A DNA stretch of 64,000 nucleotides, taken from positions 109,184,001 to 109,248,000 of the forward strand of contig NC_045696.1 of NCBI RefSeq assembly GCF_009834535.1, written 5' to 3'. Origin of the DNA: Camelus ferus. Taxonomy: Eukaryota. Of the stretch, positions 1 through 24,877 are shown piece after piece. The translations under genes and the position numbers were made by a program. How positions within the stretch are numbered: the first letter of the stretch is position 1; the number at the start of each line of letters is the position of its first letter. The notes beneath the pieces were generated by a model that worked only from the letters and a program-made list of their open reading frames with translations, was not told where the DNA came from and searched no databases.

Positions 1-640
1 ATAACAAGTGCTGACAGATGTGGAGCAACTGGACATACCCCTACATCAGTGGTGGGGATGTAAAATGGTTCACCGCTTAGTAAAACATTGTGGTGGTATC
101 TTATAAAGTGAAGCCCACACTTTCCACATACCCAGCAATTTCATTCCTAGCTGTTCACCCAAGAGAAATAAAAATGTGTGTCCACACAAAGACTTGTACA
201 TGAATATTCACAGCAAATTTATTTATAATGACCCCCAGACTGGAAACTACCCAAATATCCACCAACTGAGAAAGGACAAACTGTGGTACATCTCTACCCA
301 GAAATACTGCTCATCTTTTAAAAAGGAATGGAATATTAACACAGGCAACAAATTAAAAGACTCTGAAAAGAAAAATGCTAACTGGAAGAAATCAAGCTAT
401 GTATCAAAGGCTACTTATTGTAAGACTAATGATTCTATTTTTATAAAATTCTAGAAAAGGCGAAACTATAGTGACAGAAAGCATACCTGTGGTTACTTGG
501 GGCTGAGAATCAAGGGAGGAAATTACCTGCAAATCAGCGCAAGGAAACTCTTTAAAGAGACGGAAAAGATCTAAATCTTTATTGTGACTGTGGTTACACA
601 GCTAGACAGAATTACCAAAATTCATCAAACTGTGCTTTAA
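1..640 (+). mobile_element. Old L1 (L1MB/MC-like) ORF2 end and 3' UTR fragment
   Basis: cccagcaatttcattcctag...ccaagagaaataaaa...tgtccacacaaagacttgtaca...ctgtggtacat...caaaattcatcaaactgt are L1M 3' hallmarks. Confidence 0.85.
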
Positions 641-2329
641 ACTCTTTCTGCCCTCTGCTCCCTGTAACCGATGCACCTCTGTCCCTGCTGACCTCAGAGG
701 ATACACTCTCTCTGTGCCTCTCCAGGGTCACTTCTTTGTCCCGGTGTCGGATTCCATGTCTCCCCCAGCACCAGCCACTTTGGATTTGGGCTGGTGTTGG
801 GGGAGGGTCTGCCAAAAGAGTCTGGAAAAGCAGGCCAGGCAGCCAAGACCCACTGCTTCCAACAGAATTTAGCCGAGGACTAGCCTAAATATGGGCAGCT
901 TTCTTCACTGCCTCTGATTCTGGGGCCATCTTACTTCCCACCAGGATGATAGACTGGACTCCAATTGTCCACTGCCTGATACCTTTTCAGATCAGTCTTT
1001 CTTTCAGCCTGTCCTCACTCATGTGGGTGCCTTAAACACAGATATGGCTTCCTTCCTGCTGGAGGTTTCAGACTTCAGAGGGAGCAATACTATTTATGGA
1101 GTCTCCCTTGCACATTTGACCACAGGTTTCTTGGAGCACCCCACAACAACACACCCTGAGAGCTTGTGCACAAAATAAGCCAGTTATCAGGATGTTTCCA
1201 TCCTGTCCGGGCCAGCCTTCTCCCAAATACCAAGGTTTGGGAAGACAAGGTGGTGTCTCAAGGGAGAACCAGCAACCTCCTGGAACTGAAGTTCTAAACC
1301 CCCAAGCCTCGAGTCTTCCTGTCCAAAGTCTTGGCTGCAGCCCTGCAGTGCCTGGGTAGCAAAGCACCGTGTGTCCTTTAGTCACGGAAGCCCCCCCATC
1401 CTGGCTTATCCTGGGAGGATGTACGTGGACCCGGCCCACAGCAGGGAGAGCCAGCCCTGAAGTCACAGAACCAGCTGAACAACCCTGAATTTGCCAGCTT
1501 CCTGCCCAAGTGCCCACACCAGTCCTGACATGGCCCGGCATGAGCCACCTCGGTGAGAAAAACCAAGAGGAGGTCCAGACCAGCCAAACTGGGAGGAAGG
1601 AGAGACCAGCACCTTCACCCGGGCCCCACCGGGCAGGAAAAGAGGTGAAAGGCCAAAGCCCAACCCCTTGGCCAAAGAAGGCAGGAGAGGAGAGGTCAGG
1701 AGAGGAGAGGGCAGGAGGGCGATGCCAGCAGAATTCTGGGAAATGGAAAGCAGAGAGATGAGGGCTTAGCTTTCCCTCACTGCGGGGTGTTCCGGGAGGG
1801 AAAGAAGCAAGCTGGGCAGAGCCTCAGACACTCTAAGCAAATGGAGTCCCCAGCATCTCCAAGACAGAGGTGAGTGGAGGCTGAAACCCGCGGGTGGGCT
1901 GAAAGCCTTATGAAAAATGCACCCTCGGAAGACCCCTCCCTCACCACAAGAAGAAGAGACCACCCATCCCCCGCACCTCCCCCTCCAATCCCCGCAGCCA
2001 AGTGGAGAGACTGCTGGCAGCGGTGGCAGTCGGGAGGCGGGGGTAGAGTCACTCCCCCCAAACCCCCTTCTCTCCCTTTCCCTGTTCGGCTCTTGAAACA
2101 CAGGCAGCCAGGCTGCCAGCCTTCAGGCAGGAAATTCAGAGGATCCTTCACTGGGAAACTGATTGGCTCAATGGAAATGGCCTACATATTCTGATATTTT
2201 GGGGTCCCCCCAGTCAGGGCCAGCACTGCATCCCATCCTTTATCTGTGAGACCTGCCAAGAATCTACCTCTGCATCCACAGCTGTGAAAGCCTTTCTCTT
2301 AAACAGGACCGGACAGCCAAGAATCCAAG

Positions 2330-3950
2330 TCATTTGAGGGAGGCCGTAACTACGAAAAACAGAGACCAAAACAAACAAACAGAAAAAAAAATGAACTCCA
2401 AGGAAACAGAGATAATGTGCAGACGGGAATAAGAAAACAATTTTCATTATAAATACCATTTCCAGAGGGATAAGAGAGATCGTTAATTCATATAACAAGA
2501 GGGTGATGTTCTAAAAGGGAACACTGAATAAGGAACAGCTCTTGAAAATTAGAAATGACAGCAAAAATACAGAAGGGTTGAAATAGAAAGGGGTGGAATT
2601 TTCCCAGAAAAAAATAAAGATAATAGGAAAGAAAGATTTTAAAATTAGAGAATCATGTTGAGAGTTCCGACATCCAAATAACTGGAGTGCCCCAAAAGAG
2701 AACAGTTAAACTGGCAAAAAGTACCAAGAAAATCATAGGAGATCTGCTTTAAAAAAAAAAAAAAAAAAAAAGTAAAAACCTGCTTCAAAAAATGTAAAAA
2801 CCTGCTAAAAAAAAATCATATGAGAAAACTTCCCAGTGCTTAGGGACCTAAGGTACCAGATTGAAAGGCCCATAAACAAAGTTGTCTGTTTGTCCCAGAA
2901 CAAAGAATAAAAGCATAGAAAAGGACATTGCTGGGAAATTTCAGGATATCGGACATGCCAAGAAAATCCTAAAAGCTTCCAGAGAGAAAATGGTTTCTAT
3001 CCACAGATCAGGACTCAGAATCACATCATTTTTCTCAACAGCAGCATTGGAAGCAAGGAGACAATGGAGCAACACTGTCAAAATACAGAGGGAAATTCAT
3101 TTCTAAGCTAGAATTTCATACCCAGCCAGCTATCAACAACAGAGCATGAGGATAGAGTAAAGACACTCAGAGATGTGAAAGTTTAAAAAATGTTTGCCTC
3201 CCACAGTTCCATTCCTAGGAAGCTACTAGAAGATGAAGATGAGGAATCCAGAAAACAAGGAACCAAACAGAAGAGAAGTGAGGGGAGGGCCAGTAGTGAA
3301 GATGAAGGGAGATGTCTGGAGGGAAGCTGTTCTTTGGGACCAGAGAGCACCCCATCCCAGCTCCCCAGCAGGGATGGCCCTAAGGCATCCATCCCTAAAT
3401 CCATCCCAAAATGGACCTGATCGAACACCAATGGGTCTACCTTCGTTGGGTGGAATTTTAGGGGTTTTTTTCTGTCCATTTGGGCACAAATTAATGCTAA
3501 ATATGTAGCATGCCATGAAAAGGAGAAAAGGAAAAAAGTCAGGCAAATATTTAACTCCAAGGAAAACAAAAGTTGTAAAAGAAAGGAAGTGTCATCATGG
3601 CACAGTATGTGATTCAGCTATGAACAGTATTTACATAGTCACAATAACATAAACACTGGATAGTAATTTGACCAAAGTGTCATGCTGCCATGTGGAGGGT
3701 GGAGGAGAGAAGTGTGTGTGTGGGTTAAGTGTCTGTGTGGATATGTGGTGAGTAAGAGGTAGTAGGAAGTAGATAGATGGTACCTAAAAAAGAAACACCA
3801 TGAAATTGAAGCTTTTTTAGAAATTAAGGTGTAAATAACAGAGCATCTAAAAGGCTTGAAAGTGGTTGTCTCTTGGAATGGAATTGAATGGGGAGAAGCA
3901 TGCAATTAGCACTGCTTTTCACATTGCAGCGCTATGTAACTTACTACATT
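2330..3950 (+). mobile_element. Degraded L1 ORF1 / HAL1-like element
   Basis: A-rich; ORF 2882-3106 KILKASREK...LRITSFFSTAALEARRQWSN resembles the L1 ORF1p C-terminal half, followed by a degenerate RI.YPA.L segment. Confidence 0.7.
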
Positions 3951-6900
3951 TTTTCTTTTTTATGGAGGTATACCAGGCTTACAGTAAACAACACTGATTT
4001 AAAGTACACAATTCGATCCATGTGGACATCTGCACACCACAATCAAGACAGGAAATGTATGTAGCAGCCCCCAAAGTTTCCTTGTGTCCCCTGGGAGTCC
4101 TTCTGTCCCAGAATTACTCCAGGACAGGCACATATGAGTGGCTGGAGATCAGAAGCCACCTGTGAATGGCTTGACACATCCTGCTTCTGTTTTAGTGAGC
4201 CAGGGGGATCTGTGCTTCTAGTGCAAGTTCTCCAGATGCCAGGCTCACAGTCCATCTTGGCCTGCAGCACTCAGCTTGAGAAGCATCTCCTAGTGGAAGC
4301 CTGCCAGGATTCCCTCTCTATGCCCATACCTCCTTCCTCTAGTGTGGAGCTCTCTGCGTTTTCTCTTCTGCATCCAGTGATCTGTGAGCTCTGCAAGGAT
4401 GGAGACCCCCGCTTTGAGTCACCAGGTCTGGCTTAGAGCTGGGGCTCAGGAAAAACTTATTGAACTAATACATGAAATACAAGACAGAAGAGATGCATGA
4501 AAGGGCAAATAGGTGAGTAAATGACAGATGTTTCCTCAATGTCAATGTTTGTTTGTGTTAAAGGTGGTATCTCTTTGAAGAACAAGGGAAAGCCCAGGAG
4601 AGGCTGAAATGCGAGGAAAGCTGAGAAACATGACTGGAGACATCAGTCCGTTCTTGGAGGGGCCTGGAAGAGAGGTATCCCTCAGATGAAATTCTGTCCC
4701 AAACAAACCCCTTCCCCAACCCCTGGGGAACCCCAGGTCCACCTTGGGAGCCCTGGGCGGAGCTGGCCCTAGCAGCCTAAGGATGAGGCTCGCTAGGGGG
4801 CACTCTTCCATCACACTGGCCCTGCCCCAGCCGCCTCGGACACCTGCCCCGGGCTCTTTTCTGCAAGGAGTCTTGCAAACCCTGGAACCGCCTCACGTTC
4901 CCTGGGACCTCTTGCCAGGAGCAGAGGGTCTTTCCAAGCAGCAGTGCACGTCCACCAAATCAGAACCCGCTCAGTACAGGGTAGCTCTGCGGAAGAGGCA
5001 GGTGCTTGGGGCTAAGTTGATATTTCAAAATGACCTTCCCTCCTTTCCTGCCTCTAATATGCCGGTTCTGAGATTTCCATCCTCGTTCCCTTCCCCAGCC
5101 TGATGGCTGCCCAGATGAGAATAAAGGGAGGGGTGCGCTTCTGAGGTTTAAAGCAGTGGGAGGAGATAGGAGCAGTGTTCAGAGCTCCCTCCCTGATGGG
5201 ACTTCATGCCGGCAGGAATCATCCCGGCCCTGGGCCTGTGGGAGCATCAGAAGCCAAGGGGCACAGAGTGAGGCTCAAGGGATGTGTGCAGTTTGGAAAG
5301 TAAAGTCTCCGTCATACTTTAGGATAACACTCTCTTACCTCAATCATTGTGGAGCCTAATTCCAAAAATGCTCCGACTCTGGTGGAATTAACTCCGTGAA
5401 AGACACAGAGCCTGTGAAGCAGCCTGATAGAGATTCAGGCCCCAATGCCTGCAGTGGAGAGAGGGGTGGTGCTGGAAGAAGAGACTTGGGGGAAAACCTG
5501 AAAGGAGGGCCGAGAAGGGTTCAGAGAGTGCACCACCGGGACTCGCAAAAGGACAAAGAAAAGCAGTCCCCCAGCTTGACACTTGGAAGTAGAGGTGGAA
5601 TCTTCCATCCTGGTATCCAGGCTCTTCCTGTGGATTTGCTTCCTTCTCCGGATTCCAGTGGGCATCCTGTGTCCCATAAACTGTCAAAGGCCGTGTCCAG
5701 GGGAGGCTAGAAGGGAGAATTTCACAACTAGCAGAGTCTGCCTTTGATGTTGCCACTTGGGCCCCGGAGCTCCCCCTCTACCAATCAACCATTTGGGAAG
5801 TAAAGGGACCTTTCCCCTCCCAGCTCCGGGGGGGGGGGGCGGGGAGGGCTGCTAGGCCTAGCTCAGAACTCGCCTTGATTTCCTGTTGGGTGCAGTGAGG
5901 GCACAGCTGCAGGGCGAGACTGAGGCCACATCACAGGCACAGACCCAGGCCTGAGCCTGAGCCCAGGCTAAGAGGGAATGAGGGTGTGGGTGGCTGGATC
6001 CCTTGCTCAGCCACATACACACCTATGATGCAACCACGCCCCTGGGAGCTGCACTCTCCAGAGCAAAGGCATCAAGTCTGCTTACTCTGAGAACTGGGTC
6101 ACCTCTGCATCTTTCCTGGGCAGGATTCCAGGCCCAGCCAGCCACACTGTCACCTGGGAAGAATCATGACCTACAGGAAGAGGGGAGCAAGGTGGACAGA
6201 GAGGGAAAATCTTGGAGGTAGAAAGCACAGACCTACTGGGCGAGCCTCTCTTCCCCTACTGTGAGTGAAGCAAATGCATGTGCTAGCAGGCTGGCCAGCC
6301 CAGTGCCCATCTGTGCGCACTTGATCTGGCACATGTGAGCTGTGATGACCCTCTTACCTAGGTGTGGCTGCCAGCTTAGGCAGGGTACACTGAGGCCCCT
6401 GGCCCTGCCCTGCCTGGGAGGCCCTGCCCTCCATCCAGAGAGGAGGGAACAAGAGGAAGAGGGAAAATGTGTGTAAATTTCCCATCCGCTTTCGGGAGCC
6501 CCCTCCCCCTTCTGTCTCTGGAACGCAGAGATAGGCAATCATGGGGTCCCTTTGAGGTCTGCAGCAGGCTTGCCCACTACAAGATATACCTCCTGACTCT
6601 AGCCACCTTGAGGTAGCCCCTGTCTGCAACCAGCTCAAGAATGTTTGCCAAACATTTTAACCAGTGTCCCGCCAGATGCCCCTGAACAGAGAACCGTACT
6701 ATGAGACCTTTTCCCGGATTTTGCAACCCAAGTGCTCATGCCCACACCCACTCTCACACCTCCAACCAAGCATTTCCAAGAAGAATGCTGTCCACAGAGT
6801 AAAGCCATCTGAGGACCTCTTTGCTCTTCTGTTTCATTTCTGAAATTCCTACCTAGTGACCTAGAGTATCTAGTTGGAACAGTGGCATATTGGCCCTAGC

Positions 6901-6989
6901 TTCTCTTTGAGAGGTGATCCTTGAATGGCCAAATAGCCTGTTGCTTGGCACAAGTGACTTATTGTCTAGCTGGTTTCAGCCGATCACTT

Positions 6990-7583
6990 CGGGAATACCT
7001 TGAAGATACTGCAGGTTCAGTTTCAGACTTTTGCAACAAAGTGAATATTGCAACAAGGCAAGTCGCACAAACTTCTTGGTTTCCCAGTGTATATAAAAAT
7101 TATGTTTCCACTATACTGCAGTCTATTAAGTATGCAATAGCATTGTGTCTAAAAAGCAATGTGCATATCTTATTTTAAAAATACTCTAGGCTCACATAGG
7201 CACCTCTTGTTGTCTGGCCCACTGTTCTCTGTTGTCTATGGTAGCGTAACCTAATAAATTCCTTTTCTATTCTCAAAACAAAACAAAACACACAAATCTA
7301 TTGCTCCTCATCTGAGCCTTCAGCAAGTCATAATCTTTTTACAATAGTTAACATTAAAAAAATCACAGATGACCATAACAAAAATAATTTTAAAAATGAA
7401 AAAAATTGAAATACTACTAGAATTACCAAAATGTAACTCAGAGACGCAAAGTAAGCAGAGTTCCCTGGAAAAATGACACCAATAATGTGTTCAATGAAAG
7501 GTTGCTGCAAACCTTCAACTAGTAAAAAATGCAATATCTGTGAAATGCAATAAAGCATAGCAGAGTGAAACAAGATATGGCTG
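6990..7583. mobile_element. Tigger1-derived non-autonomous DNA transposon (internal deletion derivative) with a nested insertion
   Basis: Ends resemble Tigger1 terminal inverted repeats (TIRs; cgggaatacct... and ...agatatggctg-TA); the interior matches both Tigger1 termini (ttggtttcccagtg, catctgagccttcagc, gttgctgcaaaccttcaa). Confidence 0.85.
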
Positions 7584-8280
7584 TATTTGAAATGCAAGAT
7601 TTGGCTTCCAAAGAAATCACACACATACCTACAAACATTCTGGGGGAGGGCTTTATTAAAAATTAACAATGCCTCTGGCTAGTAAACAGCTCTTTGAACT
7701 CAGAAAGTTTTCTTGTCCCTGGTCCCCTCCAGCGGATCTGGGAATTGGAAATCCATGGTGACAGGGGGTGGAGAGGACCCAGTCGGGGTAGAAGTCAGCC
7801 CTGACTCTCCTGCTGTCCTGATAGACAGGGGTTTGGGTCTCACACATGGAGGCATTGAGGGGCCCAGTGTGGTGCACACTGGGGTGCTGGGGGCCCAGGA
7901 ATGGCGCACAGTGTGTGGGAGGGGCATGGGTGCATGTGGGGAGGGTCTGTCAGAGCAGGCTTTCTGAAGGAGTTTCCACCAGCACAGATGGACCAGCCTA
8001 GTGTGAAGACTAAGGAGGAAGGGTCCCAGGGCAAAAGAGAGAATTTCATCCAGAAGAGGAACAGCCTGAACAACAGAAGTGGACATAAGGGAGAGCCCCT
8101 GGTCGGCAGAGGTGTGGAGGAAAATGAAGAAATCAGAATAGAGAGCAGACAGATCAAGAGACGAGGGCTCCCAGAGTCTGTCCTGTCCACCTAGAGAGCC
8201 AGGATTCTGGTGGTCAGGGACAAATTTTGGGAATGAGAAACTGAGCAGCACACTGGTTACTTGGCTTCACTTTCTCTCTG

Positions 8281-8358
8281 GGTGACCCTGGGCAAGCTAA
8301 TTAACCTCTCTGAGCTTTGGTTTCCTCATGTATAACAGGGATGATAACAGAAATCCCT
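8281..8358 (+). mobile_element. MIR core fragment
   Basis: gtgaccctgggcaagctaattaacctctctgagctttggtttcctcatgtataacagggatgataa. Confidence 0.8.
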
Positions 8359-8386
8359 GGGCGGACGACTGGAAGGGCAGAATGGG

Positions 8387-8501
8387 ATGACTTGGAGAAA
8401 AGCGGGTGGTGGCGCACCGCGCGCCCTGCGTGAAGGGGCGCCCATTACTACTTTCTTCCGGAAGAGCTGGACAGGGCGCCTGGCGACGAGTGATTCAGGG
8501 G
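8387..8501 (+). other. AMOTL2: Putative upstream alternative first exon, homologous to the N-terminal extension of the long human AMOTL2 isoform
   Basis: MTWRKAGGGAPRALREGAPITTFFRKSWTGRLATSDSG resembles the human long-isoform N-terminus as recalled (MTGRKASGGTPCTLRKGAPIITLGK.WTERLAAGDSVG); donor G|gtgagg at 8502. Confidence 0.6.
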
Positions 8502-8740
8502 GTGAGGTGGGTCAAATTAACCAGATTTTTCGACCCAGATTCACACTTCCTGTGGTGACAGATTCGCAAAGAGCTGGCAGAGGTGTTTGTAAACAATAAA
8601 AGTGCAATTCAAAGGTTGCCGCTGGTGAAAGCAGTGGGTGTTAGTGAAGCCGCTCGGTGCTGGAAGTAAGAATCATCTTTTCACGGAGGGCACGGTCCAG
8701 GCCTGGCAGATGTATACAGCTCTGCAGTCTTCCCTCCCTG

Positions 8741-8789
8741 TACACACCACACACACACACACACACACCAACACACACACACACACACA
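8741..8789. repeat. Interrupted (CA)n microsatellite just upstream of the CpG island
   Basis: Directly visible CA run. Confidence 0.95.
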
Positions 8790-8799
8790 CTCCCCAAGC

Positions 8800-10280
8800 C
8801 CTCCCAACTCCATCCCCGTCCCGCAGCAACACCCAGAGTCCCTCGGGGACATGCGATGTACATCCCTCTGTGTCGCCCCGTCGATGGGGCTGAAAGAGTG
8901 AGAGGAAGGCAGGGACGCAGCAGGGAGCGGTAAGGGGCCAGGTTGGATTCTTTCTTCCCCCGCAGCTGTGAAGACAGAGCAGGGGTTGGGGCAGGGGCGG
9001 GGAAGGGCCCAACGCGTCCAGGAGGGCCCGGGTGGCCGGGTCCGCAGCGCCTCCTCCCCGGAGGAAGGCGGGGGCGGGGAGGAGGGAGAGGGAGGAGGCA
9101 GAGGGCGGAGGAGGGCGGCGCGCTGCGAGGTTATTTGTGGTTCGCTTTGATCCCGAGGGGGAACCTGAAACTCTCACATTCCTGGCATAGCAGCCGCCTC
9201 CGGCGCGGGCCGACCCTGGGGCTGCGCGCTGGGGCCCGAGCGGCCAGAGCGTCGGCGCCACCGCCGAGAGCACACCTCCGCCGCCGCGTTAAGCCGAGCC
9301 GAGCCGAGCCGGGTCGTCGGGTCTGACCGCGCCGAGCGCCCGCGGGCCGCAGCGGTAAGGAAGACCGCTCGGCGCTTTGGGGAGCGCTCGGGGCCGCAGA
9401 GACGCGCCCCGGCCGAAGCACCAGCTTCGGCGCAGCCCGGCCTTTTCCGGGAGAGGGAACCCGGACGACCGAACGTCCTCCAGGCGCAGCGCGCCTTTCC
9501 CCGCAGCCGCGAAGCCGGGCAAGGGCCGCTTCAGCTGGGGGCGCCGCGCCGGGCGCCTAGGGTCTCTCGAAGGCGCGCGAAGCCGCTGTGGCTGGAAGAG
9601 GGGGCAGCCTCTGGGGAGAGCGGAGTGGGTGTTTGGGGTCGTGAGCCCGGGAGAGGGACGCGAAACTGACCAGGAGGCGCGGCTTGGACCTCAAGTTGCA
9701 GGGCCCTGGGGGCTGATTTGGTTAGGTGGGGGTTACAGGTGTCTTTGCCCCCCAGCTAGCCCAAGAATTCCTCTTTGTCTTCCTTGGAAAATCCTCTCTG
9801 GAGCCACGGTCTGGCTCTCACTTAGAAAGAATGCAGCCTGCCGTCCAGACCGGTGACGTCAGCGCTGGAGCATTTGGAAAACAAAGAGGGCTCGGGAGGG
9901 AGGGTGGGAGGCGGACCCACGACGCTTAAAGACCTCTCCGGACCGCGGGCTACCCTCGTCCACCCGCTCCAGGCGCAGCGGCGGGCACCGGGTGCTCGTG
10001 GTCAGCCAGGAGGCCGGGTAGGGCGGGATCCCTGGCTCGGGTGTGATCTGACATAGAGACCCTCGCTTTGCTTCCTTAGGCGAGAGTGAGCCCAGGCAAA
10101 GGCAGGAGTTGTGTACTTCCTTAGAAGAGGTGGTGATGGGGTAGGGGTTATTCAGAGAGACGGGCGCGCTAGGGCAGCAGGTGTGCATCACCGGGTTCCG
10201 CGGCACAGATTTTTGTAACGGCTCAGCTGAAAGAACGTGCATCTGACCGGCTTGACCCGGACAAACGCGGGATGAGAGGT
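8800..10280. promoter_or_regulatory. CpG-island promoter of AMOTL2
   Basis: Very high GC and CpG density; GGGCGG boxes near 8995, 9072 and 9103; TCF/LEF CTTTGATC 9145-9152; TEAD CATTCC 9177-9182; full CRE TGACGTCA 9854-9861. Confidence 0.9.
9160..9354 (+). other. AMOTL2: AMOTL2 non-coding exon 1 (5' UTR); start position approximate
   Basis: GC-rich, ATG-free segment inside the CpG island, downstream of GC boxes, ending at the strong donor GCAGCG|gtaagg (9355). Confidence 0.75.
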
Positions 10281-11755
10281 CGAGGAGGTGTTCCTTGCTC
10301 CCAGGCACACTGTTGGGGGGAGGGGGCTTGGAATGTGTCAGGAAAGCTGCATTCTCGGTCCTCCCCAGCGGGAGTCAGCCCAGACAGTGATTAATTTAGG
10401 AAATGCCCTGTGGATGAAAAGCTAGGGTGAATTGATTCCGTTTGTTTTGCCTCTGGTAGTTCTAGAGTCTTGCATCTCCCCTCCTTGTGTGTGTGTGTGG
10501 GGGGGGGGGAGTCATGATGGGGTGCGGTAAAGGATGGGTACTGAGATGCCCTCCAGACTCATTGCCTCCCCAGTTCTGGGCAGCTGGGAGGAGGGAGTGC
10601 GTTGGGAATGGCTGCTCTGCCAACCAGCCAGGCCCTAACTGGAGCCGGGCACTAGGGCTAATTTTGTGGCAGAGGAGGGGCTGCATTCCAGCCACTGTCC
10701 TCCCGTGCACACAGGACCTGTGGAGGTGTGGGTTTTGTTTGGTCTTCCCTGAATGCCAGTTTGGAGGTTTGTGTTGGAGGAGGCTATGGAAAGGAAGCCG
10801 GGTAAGGCAGGCAAACTTCCAGGCCATGAGCCACTGGGAGCCCAGGCTCAGAAGGGAACACCTTCTTCAGGGGTTCTCTCCCTGCCGCTTAGGCTCAGAG
10901 CCCCCAGCCCCCAGCCCCAGATCGCTGCAACCAAGAGCCTCCGCCTTACTCCCTTACACCTTCATTTGGCTCAAGTGGGTGTTACTCATGTCAAGATCCC
11001 CTGGGTGCCTAGAGGACCATCAGGGCACTTCCAAGGAGCAAGTGTGTGCATGTCTGGGGGGTGGTAATCATAAAACCGAAGACACTGGGCCACGTTCTCT
11101 TTTTCCTGGGGCACCTATGTGGTTACTGTCAGCACACAGACTGTGTGACTGGCCCACAAACTTTAATGGGTGGCACCTTTTTGCCTTGCCTCACAAAACC
11201 ATTGTCCTATTGTAGTCACTCTTCTTTCATCCTTTATTCACCGATCCAGATGCATTTTCTCCTTCCTGTTCACCTTGCAGAGTGACTACCAAGGTCATCC
11301 CATGACAGGAGGGCTCATGGGGAGTTAGCTGTGCACAGGCTGGGGCTCAGACATGCTTCACCCTAGAGCATCCTGGGGGCTGTTTGCCTAGGGCTTCTGC
11401 TGGGCTGGACTCATTCTTTATCACCTGCCAATAAACTGGGGCCCTGTCCACCCCTGGACTGGACATCTCAGTGATTAAATCTGAGCTAGACCTGCCCTGG
11501 AGTCTCTTATCTGGCTCTTTGATGGGAAGCTGACTGCAGGGGGCTGTGGTTCCTGGTTGATTACCTTCTAGATTACTGGAGTCTTTCTCTAGGCACAGTA
11601 AATCTCCATGAGTATGATTATAATGGCAGTCCTTTGCCAAGGATTTATGGTGCCCCGGGAGCTCAACAACCATTGCCTCTTTTAATTCTCAACTCCACAA
11701 GGGAAGCATTATTCCTTCCATATTTCTGTTGGAGAAACTGAGGCTCTGAAGTTAG

Positions 11756-24877
<13,122 letters not shown>

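Noticed and set aside
1850..2080. Donor-like AGAG|gtgagt with a mild CpG patch, suggesting an upstream first exon
   Set aside because: No matching downstream exon or other support is visible from sequence alone.
10487..11215. 242-aa ORF in intron 1
   Set aside because: It starts at a GTG in a (TG)n run, has no recognisable domain and fits no exon structure.
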